From Octopus sinensis (lineage: Eukaryota), in NCBI RefSeq assembly GCF_006345805.1, contig NW_021835312.1, forward strand, positions 1-58,686: a DNA stretch of 58,686 bases, read 5' to 3'. The translations under genes and the position numbers were made by a program. Under the pieces are notes generated by a model, which saw only the letters and a program-made list of their open reading frames with translations, ran no database searches and was not told where the DNA came from. Positions 12,808 through 25,719 of the stretch are shown here, one piece after another. Each line of letters opens with the position of its first letter. Within the stretch, counting starts at the first letter, position 1.

Positions 12808-12838
<31 letters not shown>

Positions 12839-12960
12839 ACATCACAATCAATATCACCGTCATCACCATCATCGCCATCACCATCATCGTCATCATCAAG
12901 AAGAGCAGTGAAAAACACATTTACAACAACCACAACAACAGCAACAACAGCAGCAACAAC
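11820..12960. repeat. (CAT/CGT/CAC)n compound microsatellite with a 72-bp higher-order unit
   Basis: The CCATCTTC marker recurs at ~12578, 12617, 12689 and 12761. Confidence 0.9.
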
Positions 12961-13541
12961 TAAATAAGAAAATAAATAACTAAAGAAAGAAAGAAAGAAA
13001 GAAAGATAGAAAAAAGAAAGAAAGAAAAAGAAAGAAAGAAAGAAAGAAAGAAAGAAGGAAAAAAGAACCAAAGAAAAAAGAAAGAAAGAAAGAAAGAAAG
13101 GAGGAAACCGGCTCTGCATCATGCGCGGGAACCATATGTGTGGGTATTACCGCGTTATCGTCGTGATTCAATTAGCTTGTTTCGGGGGATAGAGAAGAGG
13201 GGTGAGGATGGGGTGGCGGGTACGGGTACGGGCGGAGTAGGGGTGGGGAATGGAAGGCTGAATGTAAGGTGGAGAGGAGGAGAGGGGAGAAGCGAGCGGA
13301 AAAGAGAAAGTCTTTTTAGGGAGACAGACTGACAGACAGACAGAGAGACTGACAGGAAGACAGAACATGGCCGATGGATTTTAATGATAGACAGATAGAC
13401 ACGGACCGACGAACCCAGTGTGTATGTATGCGAGCATCCATGTTTGTATGTATGTGTGTGTATGTATATATGTATGTTTTTATGTATGTATGCATACATG
13501 TATGTATATATGTGCATATATATATATGTACATACACATAC

Positions 13542-13576
<35 letters not shown>

Positions 13577-13744
13577 CATGAATATATATATGCATATATA
13601 CATCAATATATACACATATGTGTGTGTATATATGTATGTATGTTTATATGTATGTATGTGTGTAAGTATGTGTGTGTGTATAAGTGAGAGTTTGGTAGAT
13701 AGATACATTGTAAAAGAATATGTACAGTTGTGTATGTGTTTGAG

Positions 13745-13783
<39 letters not shown>

Positions 13784-14704
13784 TGTATGTGTGTGTGTCT
13801 CACTCTCTCTCTCTCCTCCATATATATATATATACATATACAGAGAGAGAGTGGAGAGAGAGCGAGAGAGAAGAGAGAGAGAGACGAATATATACATATG
13901 CATACATACGTGTGTTCTTGATTGAAAAAGAGAAGGAATGAGTGAAAGGGAGTGGGATGATGTACAGAGAGAGAGAGACACACACAGAGAGACAGAGAGA
14001 GAGAGAGAGACGGAAGACAGACAGAGACAGAGAGTGAGAAAGAGGGAGAGATAAAGAATGAGAGAAAGAGACAGATGTGTATTAATATTCAGTGTTAGAC
14101 AAGTGAGGATTGGAGATTAATCCGTACAAGACAACGAAAGGCATGACGGGAACGACAATTTCAGCAGACGACCGTCGGATGGCCAGTCATAAATTCCAAA
14201 TTGTTTTCTTTAAAACAATCATTTTCTACTTTGTCAAAACATTACATCTTTATTTTCCTTCTTCTCCTTCTCTCCTTTCGTATTTCTTCCTTTCATTCTT
14301 TATTCTCTCTTGATTTCTTTTTCTTCCTCTCTCTTTCGTTCGTTGATTTATTCATTCGTTGTTCGGTCCTCCATTTATTTTTTCTTATTTTATTTCATTC
14401 TCTTAATCTCCATCCTGTCTTTTTACAACTGTTTCATTGAATTTTTATTCATTCTCCGACCGTTTCTTTTTATCTTCTTCCTATTTCCTTAATTCTTTCA
14501 TTAATTCTTTCTCCTGGTTTTGCTTTGTTTCACTGTTTCGAATTCTTGTTTTTTCCGTTCTGTCTTTCTATTTTTTTTCTTTGCTTCCTGTTCTCTCCCT
14601 CTCTTACTTCACCATATTTTTCTCTCTTACCGCATCTCTTTCTCCCTTATACCCTTTTTCTCGCTCTTGCCTCATTTCTGTCTCTCCTGTACCATTTACA
14701 CGCT

Positions 14705-14737
<33 letters not shown>

Positions 14738-15149
14738 AGAGACTATTTTTCACTCACACACACACCTCTCTCTCAAAGAAAAATAGCCATCTCTCATCTC
14801 TCTCTCTCCTCTCTCTCTATATAGATATTAATAGAGACTCTCTCTCTCTCTCTATATAGATAATATATATATATATATATATACCTTCTCTCAGCTTTAT
14901 CTTTTCTTTCTCTCTTTTTCTCTTGGCCGATCTCTCTCTCACTCTTTCCTTTTACTTTTCTCACTTATTTTCGTTCTGTCTTTCTCTTCTTGTGTCTCTC
15001 TTTCTCGCCTCATATCTCTCTCTCTCTAATCTCTCTGCTCTATACATTTTCTCTTTCACTTCATCTCTCCCTCATTCGCCTCACTTCTCTCACTCTATCA
15101 CCTGTAATACATCCATATACTTCTTAAATCTAACGGAAAGGAATCGATG

Positions 15150-15340
15150 GCTTCGTTGGTGCAATCGGCCTGTTTAGTAGCATTTCACCCCTCTTTATGT
15201 TCTGAGATTAAATCCCGCCCAGGTCAGCTTTGTCTTTCATCCATTTCAGGGGGGGGGGCGATAAAGCAAGTATCAACTGAACACCGAAGCCGATGTAATC
15301 GACTGGACCCTCCTACAATCTTTCAGGCTTTGTGCTTGTA
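15150..15340 (+). mobile_element. Old degenerate SINE family A copy
   Basis: Contains TTCTGAGATTAAATCCCGCCCAGGTC, CTTTCATCC, GATAAAGCAAGTA and CGATGTAATCGACT. Confidence 0.65.
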
Positions 15341-15479
15341 GTAGTATGGCACAAAAAAGATTTTAGGTTGTCAGATGAATTTGTTTTGTTTCTTTCTTTC
15401 CTTCTTTTGCAATCATTGTACGACTGACGATTAAAAAAAAATATTAGATTTGAAATCCGATAAACAAAAGATTTAGAGG

Positions 15480-15481
15480 AC

Positions 15482-15538
<57 letters not shown>

Positions 15539-15677
15539 CAGTAGTAGTAGTGTTAGTAGCAGTAGTAGTAGTGTTAGCAGCAGCATTAGTAGTAGTAGTA
15601 GTGGTAGTAGTAGTAGTAGTAGCAGCAGTAGTAGTAGTAGTAGCAGTAGTAGTAGCAGCAGCAAAGTAGTAGAAATG

Positions 15678-15713
<36 letters not shown>

Positions 15714-15860
15714 ATGTTAGTAGTAGTAGTAATGGTAGTAATAGTAGTAGTAATAGTAGTAGTAATGGTAGTAGTAATGGTAGTAGTAATGGTAGTAGTA
15801 GTGGTAGTAGTAGTAGTAGTTGTAGTAGTAGTAGTAGCAGCAGCAGCAGTAGCTATTGTA
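15480..15860. repeat. (AGT)n/(GGT)n microsatellite
   Basis: Directly visible. Confidence 0.95.
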
Positions 15861-15884
15861 GTATTTGTATGGGGAAATGTGTTG

Positions 15885-16215
15885 TAACAGCATTCACCAT
15901 TCGTTGTGATTCCCTATTTCTCCCGGCGTCTGATCCCCCTTGCATCCCTCCGGCAACGACCCTCCAACCCCTGGGTCTGGTTACGCAGCCGTGGCTGTTG
16001 AGGGTTTTACGAGGTCGGGAAGTACAGATCCCATCTCGACCTCTTTTGTTGACTTTTACAATAAGCACAGGAAACGTCGGTTCTATTCTTTCACATACCG
16101 ATCCCGCCCCCCGAACAACACCAGATCCTATTGAAATGATGTGTTCTGCTCAAAGGTAAAGCACGCTGGATCTAACCACTATGAGGGCAGCACTCTAACT
16201 GCTAGGCCATGCACT
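15885..16215 (-). mobile_element. Degenerate tRNA-derived SINE (family C-like or distinct)
   Basis: The reverse complement starts TGCATGGCCTAGCAGTTAGAGTGCTG (box A-like) and has CCTTTGAGCAGAACAC, resembling the family C core. Confidence 0.45.
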
Positions 16216-16229
16216 TTCAATGGACCCAC

Positions 16230-16654
16230 AAAGGATGTCATAAAACACTAAGTAAGAAAAATTACTTTTTGAGTTAATTCAAATAACTCTAACATCAACA
16301 GGGGTCGAAAATGTATAGAAAAAACGAACGAATTTATCTCACAAACTAATGGACCCGCAGAACGTTATAAAGCTCTACGAATATATTTATTTTTTGTTCT
16401 AATTCGAATAACATTATATAGGTTTAAAATTGAAGAGGAAAACGAACCATTTTATCTGACAAACCAGACCCACAAAAAAGTTATGAAACAGGCGCAGGAG
16501 TTGCTATGTGGTAAGTAGCTTGCTTACCAACCACATGGCTCTGGGTTCAGTCCCACTGCGTGGCATCTTGGGCAAGTGTCTTCCACTATAGCCTCGGGCC
16601 GACCAAAGCCTTGTGAGTGGATTTGGTAGACGGAAACTCAAAGAAGCCCGTCGT

Positions 16655-16698
<44 letters not shown>

Positions 16699-17140
16699 AT
16701 GTTTGTGTGTTTGTTGTCCCCTTAGCATTGTTTGACAACCGATGCTGGTGTGTTCATGTCCCCGTAACTTAACAGTTCGGCAAAAGAGACCGATAGAATA
16801 AGTACTGGGCTTACAAAGAATAAGTCCTGGGGTCGATTTGCTCGACTAAAGTCGGTGCTCCAGCATGGCCGCAGTCAAATGACTGAAACAAATAAAAAAG
16901 TAAAAATATAAAAGTAAAACTTTACAAAAAAAATTTACTCTTTGTGCTAATTCGAATAACATTAAAAAGGGTTCAAAAATAAATTGGAAAAACAAAACGA
17001 ATGGATTTATCTGACAAACTAACAGACACAAAATTCATAAAACACTACGAGAGAAAAAAATTGTCGTTTTCTACTAAACCAAAACTTCAAAAAGGGGTAA
17101 AAACGAATCGAAAGAACGAACGGATTTATCTGACAATCTA
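16230..17140. repeat. Degenerate ~120-bp minisatellite (4 or more units) interrupted by a SINE
   Basis: The anchor TTTATCTGACAAACT occurs at 16333, 16451, 17006 and 17125 (spacing 118, 555, 119; the 555 includes a ~430-bp SINE). Confidence 0.75.
16490..16918 (+). mobile_element. SINE family B, full length
   Basis: Head AGGCGCAGGAGTTGCTATGTGGTAAG, box B-like GGGTTCAGTCCC, internal (TA)/(GT) spacer, tail ...CAGCATGGCCGCAGTCAAATGACTGAAAC plus A-rich end. Confidence 0.9.
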
Positions 17141-17543
17141 ATATCAATAGTCAATTCGTTAAGAACGGAACCAATTAACTAAATGATTCTTTCAGTTGTC
17201 GTTCTGTCAATTAGTCGCTGGTATGTCACCGGTGAGGTCACAAACGGCGACGAAGAGAAATTGACAAGCTCAAATGATTGATTACGTGATTCAATGATTG
17301 GCTAAAAGATTAATCAAACAGCCTTAATCTTCATGCAGTTAACCTTTAGGGAACAAATGCGTAAGGTACACTTTCACATTTCGTGTCTCTGACTCTTCCT
17401 CCATCTCACGACTTCGTATTCGCCTCCATTTGCTTGAACTAAATTGTATTACATAAACTCAGACACAAATACATATATATACATATATTTATATATACAT
17501 ACACGTATATATATACTATATATTACTTACACAACACACATAC

Positions 17544-17583
<40 letters not shown>

Positions 17584-17589
17584 TAACTT

Positions 17590-17870
17590 AGATAAACTTA
17601 GATATGTTCGATCGACCAAAGATTGGTCCAGGCCATGTCTAACTTAATAGCACCACCTGATAGAATTATTCGAATCCTGTTTTTAAGTCAGTTTTGTTCA
17701 AGTAGTGAGTTCTTGTTGGGGTAGTTGTATCCAATTGGTGGGTGGCTTATCTGGTATTCTTTGAAGGAATCTATCCAGACACCGTTTAAAGTTGATGGGA
17801 TCCTTTTCCTCTTTGACCTCCCTCGAGACAATGTTAAATAGGGCAGGGCCTGTTGAGGAAAAGAAATTAT
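17590..17870 (-). pseudogene. CR1-like LINE 3' fragment
   Basis: Minus-strand GPALFNIVSREVKEEKDPINFKRCLDRFLQRIPDKP fits the GPxLFN...FKxxLDxFL C-terminus of CR1-type ORF2, followed by a short 3' UTR. Confidence 0.7.
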
Positions 17871-17887
17871 GTTGCAGTATACATGTA

Positions 17888-17919
<32 letters not shown>

Positions 17920-18054
17920 CGTACGTATGTGAGGGCAAGTCAATACTTATTCGCATCTTCGCCATAACATATATTTATTATTGTCACAATGCCTTCTGCG
18001 GGCGCATGCGTACGTATAGTTGGTACTATTGTGGTCACGTGATCGAATTTTGAG

Positions 18055-18150
18055 CCCGATAAATTAATACCAGTGAAACACTGGGGTCGATGCAATCGAC
18101 TAGTCCCCTTCCTAAAAATTTCAAGCCTTGTGTCTTTGGTTCGAAGGATT
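18055..18150 (+). mobile_element. SINE family A 3' fragment
   Basis: CCGATAAATTAATACCAG...CACTGGGGTCGATGCAATCGACTAGTCCCC... Confidence 0.7.
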
Positions 18151-19284
18151 ACTACTACTACTAACTACTACTACTACTACTACTACTGACTACTCGTGAT
18201 CATTGTTGTCATCATCATCATTATCATCATGAACATCATCATCCTTATTCTTATTGTTGTTTTTATGGTCTTTTTACTATTTTTATTATTATTATTATTA
18301 TTATTATTGTTGTTGTTTGTTGTTATTATTATCATTATTATCATCATCATCATCATCATCATCATTATCATTATCATCATTGGTTTTATTACTATATATT
18401 TGTATGCATAGGATTTGTGCGGAGTGGGGGGAGTGAGTTCTCAAAGATGATGGGGACTAAGCGGACAGAAGGCCCTGTCAATTTGATGTGTCATCAGTCG
18501 TTTCTGCCAAACAACTATCTGCTCTCCGACAGAATTTCTGACTCTGCGAGAGAAACATTTTCATGTTGGAAATTCACTCAACTGAAAAAGAACAGATTTT
18601 TCCTACCTTACTTTCACTTTCTGATTTTACTACTAAGAATATTCTTTCTACATTTATTTATATATTTATCATATTACCAGATTTTCTAACCTCTGCCTTC
18701 CATCAACCACTTCCTCCTCTTGCCGTCACTCATTCGTCTCCAGGCCTCATTCATCCGCTCTTTCCTCCTCCTCTTCCCCCGCCTTTACTTCCTTCTTCTC
18801 CCTTTCTTCAGCCGTTTCTAGTTTCTCTCATTTGCTTCCTATTCAATTGTCGTTCCCTTATCCGTCCAATTGTAAAGCAGAGAACTACGCCAAATGAAAA
18901 TATTTTCCTAGTTGAGTCTAATTCATTTAGACTTCGAATGATCAAGCAAAAGGCATGGAAGTCGTAAAATCGCAGTCATTTTCCTCCTCTATAAATGCAT
19001 AACCCTGCATTTAATTATAAGCCATCTTTTTCCTTCGGTTTCAATTTGATTCGGAAGTTTTTTGTTTTGTTTTTGTGGCTGTTGTTGTTGCTATTGATAT
19101 TTGTTGTGGTGGTGTATATGATCTTTCTCTGTTTCCAGATTTCGTTTCTCCTACATATTCCTAACTCATGCATGTCTGTGCGTGTATATATATATATATA
19201 TATTGTATATACATATATAGAGAGAGATACATATACACATATATGTATATATACATATATGTATATATATTATTATTATTGTCA

Positions 19285-19341
<57 letters not shown>

Positions 19342-19344
19342 TAT

Positions 19345-19558
19345 GGCGAGCTGGCTGAATCATTAGCACGCCGGGCGAAATGATTAGTGGTATTTCGTCT
19401 GCCGCTACGTTCTGAGTTCAAATTCCGCCGAGGTCGACTTTGCCTTTTATCTTTTAAGGCTCGAAAAATTAAGTACCAGCTGAACACTGGGGTCAATGTA
19501 ACCGACTCATCCCTTCCCCGCAAAATTGCTGCACTTGTGGCAAGAATTTGAAACCATT
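19345..19558 (+). mobile_element. SINE family A, full length, tail type 1
   Basis: GGCGAGCTGGCTGAATCATTAGC...GAGTTCAAATTCCGCCGAGGTCGACTTTGCC...GAATTTGAAACCATT, preceded by (TTA)n. Confidence 0.9.
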
Positions 19559-19984
19559 TTGCTCACTTTTCTCTTCCTTTCTATCTTAGATTCCCTCCTC
19601 TCTACTTGCCATTTCTCATTTCAACTCTTTCCCTCTCTATCACCTTCTCTATCTTGTCCATTCCATTATTCCTTTCTCTTTTCTTTCTCCCCGCTTCTCT
19701 CTTGTAACTCTTTCAAATATTATACCTCATCCTAATCTTCGCAAGTATCCGTTTATTTCTATAGATTTTTGTCTACTTAACATCTCTCTTTCCCTTTCCC
19801 GCTCCTCCTCAGCCTCTTTCTTTCTCTTTCTCCAATTCCTCATCTTTATTTCTCCTCTATTTTCTCATTTAACTTTATTTAGCTGTTTCCATTTTTTTTC
19901 ATTTTTTGGAAGTACTGTTTTTGTTAGGATTAGGGTTAGGGTTTAACCCATGACTAGATTTCATTAAAGCTGTTTCGCTTAGAT

Positions 19985-20194
19985 CCATTGTCTATGTATG
20001 TATGTATGTATGTATGTATGTATGTATCTATCTATCTATTTATCTACACATCTATCTATCTGTTTATCTGTCTGTCTGCCTATATGTCTGTCTGTGTAGC
20101 TATCTATCTCTCTATATCTATCTATCCATCTGTCTATCTATCTCTGTCTCTGTCTCTCTCTCTCACTCTATTTACCTATCTGTCTATCTGTCTG

Positions 20195-20254
<60 letters not shown>

Positions 20255-20355
20255 CCTATCTATCTATCTGTCTATCTGTCTGCCTGCCTATATGACTGTC
20301 TGTGTATCTAGTCTTCTGTCTGTCCGTCCGTCTCTCTCTCTCTCACTCTATTTAC

Positions 20356-20395
<40 letters not shown>

Positions 20396-20403
20396 TCATC
20401 TAT

Positions 20404-20491
<88 letters not shown>

Positions 20492-20500
20492 CTGTCTGTC
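19985..20500. repeat. (TATG)n/(TATC)n/(TA)n microsatellite
   Basis: Directly visible. Confidence 0.95.
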
Positions 20501-20589
20501 TGACTTCTGCCACTCTCTTTGTCTGCCTACGTGTCCCCTAAATGACACTAGATGAATATTTTTATATTTTCATTGCATACTTTACCGTG

Positions 20590-21065
20590 TGACTTTATTC
20601 AGAATGCGAAAATACAACAGTATATACATATAAATTTGTATAGAATCCCTCCAGATCTAGATGTGCTGCCGAACACCATAAAACCCAAAAAGTTATGAAA
20701 ATACATTCTAAAATCTCAAAAATAGTAGAAAGTTAAGCAGAACATTCTAATCACAAAACGCAAACGACAATTGGAAAACACCTTATTACAATAAAAGCAC
20801 AGAGACTGTAATCCACGAAGATAAGTCAAGACTCACCAACGCAATAAATAAGAACAACGCAAAAAAACTGAAACTGTACAGCTACGAAACACTGGCCATT
20901 ATAAAATCAACCAAAAGATGCACAGATAAAATATATAAATAAAGTGATTGTGAGTAAGGTTTGAAGATCGTAGCATCTAAGTATAAAAAGTCATGACCTG
21001 ACTTTCAGCAATAACGGATCATCTTATGCCTCAACAGAAACACCTCTGATGAGTAAATGTCATCG
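20590..21065 (+). pseudogene. Possible Penelope-like GIY-YIG 3' relic with a decayed hammerhead
   Basis: KKLKLYSYETLAIIKS loosely resembles the KxCxLCxxEKxxIxK motif at PLE endonuclease ends. It is followed by CCTCTGATGAGTAAATGTCATCGAAA. Highly degenerate. Confidence 0.3.
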
Positions 21066-21085
21066 AAAAATAATAACGACAATAC

Positions 21086-22042
21086 TTTTACTTTTACTTG
21101 TTTCAGTCATTTGACTGCGGCCATGCTGGAACACTGCCTTTAGTCGACCAAATCGACCCCAGGACTTATTCTTTGGAAGCCTAGTACTTATTCTATCGGC
21201 CTCTTTTGCCGAATCGCTAAATTACCGGGACGTTAACACACCAGCATCGGTTGTCAACCGATGTTAGGGAGGGGACAAACACAGACACACACATACTATA
21301 TATATATTATATCTAACTACAAATTAGAGAGAATGGAGAAATAACTTAATCAGTAAAACATCAACATCGCGATGATACTCAATCCATACTTTAATACACC
21401 ATCACATATGAGTAAAGGCAATACATAAAATGAAATGAGATATACAGTAATAGTAAAAAGATAAAGAGATATAAGTAAAAAATTTTTTTCAAATATAATA
21501 TGCAAACAAATCAAAACCGACAGCCGCCTCGGCAGCGAGGACAGCCACACCTCACCCAACCCACAAGCCATAAAGGCAGGCACAAATGAGGCATCAACAA
21601 GGATGCCCCACGGCCCCCTCAGAGAATTAAATCAAATTTGCCACAATAGTGAAAAATATTATACAATCATATACATACAAATATAAAAATATAAAAATAA
21701 ATATAAAATATAAAATATAAATATATAAATATATATATATAAATATATATAATAATATAAAAAAATAAAATATAAAAACCCATACATCATAAAGCTACAC
21801 TTATATAACACACTACACACCTGTCAAAAAGGAAAGCAAACAGAACAAACAAAAAAATATATAATAGTGTATATATTAATATCAACAAGCACCGACACCA
21901 TACATACCTGGCCAGCAGCTCTTTATATATAAAAAAAAGGCCAACATACACGGAGACGGAAAACAACAAACAAATCCGTGGCACAGTTCACAAGACACCA
22001 AAGCTATAAAAGTTAATAAAAATTACTATTAATAATAATAAT

Positions 22043-22078
<36 letters not shown>

Positions 22079-22500
22079 AATAAAAAAATATAATAAAAAA
22101 ACAGATACAGCCAAGCTAGCACCAAGTCCACCCCCACAAGACCGAAACAACTATGAGCCAAGAAACGCCGACCACCAGGCAAAGAAAAAACAGATCAATT
22201 CCATTGGCCACAGGTTTGAAACCCAAACCACAAAAGAAAACCATACGGCCGGTCAGTCAGGGAACGCCAACACCCACACACGCATCCACAGATCAATCGC
22301 ACACACACACACAGCATATATATATATATATATATACGACGGGCTTCTTTCAGTTTCCGTCTACCAAATCCATTCACAAGGCTTTGGTAGGCCCGAGGCT
22401 ATAGTAGAAGACACTTGCCCAAGATGCCATGCAGTGGGACTGAACCTGGAACTATGTGGTTCGTAAGCAAGCTACTTACCACACAGCCACTCCTGCGCCT
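21086..22500 (-). mobile_element. SINE family B split into tail (21086-21295) and head (22296-22500) by a ~1-kb insert
   Basis: Both halves are minus strand, collinear with 16490-16918, and break in the internal (CA)/(TA) spacer. Confidence 0.8.
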
Positions 22501-22744
22501 ATAATTGAATTTTTAAAAGCAAAAACAGCATAAAATTGGTTATCGTAGATTTATTGAAGCAGACTCAGTTATCAAATTTACCAATTTAAATATACTGCAG
22601 CCACTGTTGTTACAGTGGAATAAAGCTTTAACTTCGGCTTCATTCAAACAGGGGTATCAGAACCTAAGAAAAGAACTTGAACAACAAATATTCAGGAGAA
22701 AATAGACCGGAAGAGAAAGGATCTCTCAATTCTTAATTCAATGT

Positions 22745-22950
22745 TGGCTTGAAATTTTTGCACAAGGCCAACAATTTCGGGAAAGTAGATGAGTTAATTC
22801 CACGTTAGTCTTCAATTGGGACTTGTTTTATCGACACGAAAAGATGAAAAGCAAGGTCGAATTCCGCGGAATTAGAAATTTGTGTGTAAAAATGAACGAA
22901 ATACCGCTACGCATTTTCCCCGGCGGGTTAACGATACTGACAGCTCACCA
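22745..22950 (-). mobile_element. SINE family A, degenerate
   Basis: The reverse complement matches GGTGAGCTGTCAGTATCGTTAAC...GCGGTATTTCGTTC...TCGACCTTGCTTTTCATC. Confidence 0.75.
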
Positions 22951-22984
22951 CCTTATTTTTAATGAAGTAATCATTACTATTAAA

Positions 22985-23135
22985 GGCACAGGGTCTGTAA
23001 TATGAGGGAAGGGAACTAGTCGATTACATCGAGCCCTCAGTGTATAACTGGTACTTAATTTATCGACCCCGAAAGGATGAAAGGCAAAGTCGACCTCGGC
23101 GGAATTTGGACTCAGAACGTAGCGACGGGCAAAAT
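22985..23135 (-). mobile_element. SINE family A, headless
   Basis: Contains GGTACTTAATTTATCGACCCCGAAAGGATGAAAGGCAAAGTCGACCTCGGCGGAATTTG. Confidence 0.85.
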
Positions 23136-23909
23136 GCTGCTAAAAAAAAATTTTTCGGTAAATCGCCGAGAATCCGTCGGTAGAGAAAACTCCAATAATT
23201 CGTTCACCAAAATACAGAGTTCGACTCGAAACCAAAACTATTCTATTGAGGATTTGATAGAAATAAAATATGAGTCAATGAGGCACCAATAGAAAGGCAT
23301 GTAGAAGGAACTGCGGCCGCAATCTCATACTAATGCTGCTGCTGCTGCTGCTGCTACTACTACTAACTACTACTACTAATAATAATAATAATAATGATGA
23401 TGATGGTGATGATAATGATAATAATAATAATAACAACAACAACAATGATAATAGTTATAATGATGATGAAGATGACGACGACTACGGTGATGATACTGAT
23501 GATGATAAAGGAAGATAATCAGAATGATGATGAAGATGAGAAGATTGTGGATTGGATGAGGATGATGATGAATGTTGCTGCTACTGCTGCCGAAGCTGAT
23601 GATGCGCCGATAACGATGATGACGATGATGATGACGATGCGGATTAATACAAACATCATCCGAAACAGTAGCGCCTCCTGCAATAACGACAAAAACAACA
23701 GCATCGACAATGACACCCAAGCTAACCATGGAAACGATTCTTACCCAGGAATGTTCTTATAACTAAACAAAAGAGGCCGAGCCAAAAAGTAGACGGTGAA
23801 AATGATCCGGAATCGATCCCTTCGGTTTAACAAGTCTGCCTGTCAATCATTGAAGCGGTCGCAAGAAAATTTACACACAAAAAGAGTCCAACAAAAACAC
23901 TAAAGAAAA

Positions 23910-24088
23910 ACACACGTAGTAGTAGTAGCAGTAGCAGTAGTAGTAGTAATAGTAGTAGTAGTAGAAGTAGTAGCAATAGTATATTGGTGGTGGTAGTGGT
24001 GGTAGCGGTGGCTGTGGTGGTTGTATTAGTAGTAATAGTATTGGTGTTGGTGGTGGTGTTGGTAGTGGTGGTGATTGTGATGTTGGCT

Positions 24089-24155
<67 letters not shown>

Positions 24156-24321
24156 ATGTGGTGGTGGTAGTGGTGGTGGTGGTGGTGGTTGTGGTGGTCG
24201 TGGTGGTCGTGGTGGTGTTGGCTGTGGTGGTGGCTGTGATGGTTGTAGTAGAGGCAGTAGTACTAGCAGCAGCAGCACTAGCACTAGCAGTAGTAGTAGT
24301 AGTAGTAGTAATAGTAGTAGC

Positions 24322-24375
<54 letters not shown>
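23910..24375. repeat. (AGT)n/(GGT)n microsatellite
   Basis: Directly visible. Confidence 0.95.
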
Positions 24376-24694
24376 CAGAGTGTTCAACTTCCCCCATCGC
24401 TTCACCCCCCCACTCCTTCCAGTCAAAACGGCCTAAATTACCCATCTTAATCCCTTTCAAAGATAATCCGCGAAAATGAATACATTGGGCACTTACACGC
24501 TCACTTTAAAATATGCCATCTTGATCTTTTTCCTTCCAACGTTCCCGTCCAATATTTCTTTACTTTTTTTCTTTTTGTTTTTCTTTTAGGTTAGTGTTTG
24601 TTTTGTTTTTTTTCATGCTACCGAACACGATTTTTTCTCATACTTTCCCATCATTATATTATTTATTATTTTCTATTTGTTAATTCGTTGTGTG

Positions 24695-24963
24695 TATGCA
24701 TGCATGCGTGCCTGTATGTATGTATGTATGTATGTATGTATGTATGTATGTATGTATGTATGTATGTGTGTATGTATGTATGTATGTATGTATGTATGTA
24801 TGTATGTATGTATGTGTGTATGTATGTATGTATGTATGTATGTATGTATGTATGTATGTATGTATGTATGTGTATCTACTCGCGTGTATTTCATAGGTGT
24901 CTTTTTTCATGTTTAATATGAGTGTAACTATTGTTGGTATTGTTGTTGCTGTTGTTTTTATTA

Positions 24964-25039
<76 letters not shown>

Positions 25040-25183
25040 CGTCATCATCATTTTCATTTTCATTATTACTGTACTATCCCCCCACATCCTTCGTTCTGGT
25101 GGCTAATAAAAGAAATCATTCTTCTTCTTCTTCTTCTTCTTCTTCTTCTTCTTCTTCAATTATTATTATTATTATTATTATTA

Positions 25184-25244
<61 letters not shown>

Positions 25245-25245
25245 C
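24695..25245. repeat. (TATG)n, (TTA)n and (CTT)n microsatellites
   Basis: Directly visible; the (TATG)n has TGTG interruptions about every 48 bp. Confidence 0.95.
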
Positions 25246-25685
25246 AGTGTTATTTTAATGGATTTCTGTTTTTTAAAAAAATGAAAAATGGACGCCGCGA
25301 ATTGTAAAAATCAGGAATTTATTGTTAGAGAGAAAAAAAAGACAAACAGCTGACTAAAAAAAAAGTTAGAAGAGAAACGTAAATGTTACGGCGTGTATGA
25401 GACGATGTAGGAGGAGCTTTTTGTCTATTAATGTTTACATTTTTCTTTTATTATCATTATTATTATCATGATCATTATAATTCTCATTGTTGTTGTTATT
25501 GATATTATTATTTGTGTTTCCTTTCCGTCTATTTTCTCCTTTATAATTCCGTTTATAATTTTTTGTTCTATTTCTCTCCTTCAAATTTTTTTTTGTCTCT
25601 CACGCATGGGTTTCTGAGTGTGTAAATATATGCCTGAGTATTATTTTCTATATGGATGTTTGAATATATATATTATATATATATA

Positions 25686-25719
<34 letters not shown>

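Noticed and set aside
11957-13122. 336-aa Ser-rich and 236-aa Asp-rich overlapping ORFs
   Set aside because: Both strands of a (CAT)n array with no unique coding content.
19924-19950. TTAGGGTTAGGG telomere-like motif
   Set aside because: Only about two perfect units, too short to call an interstitial telomere.
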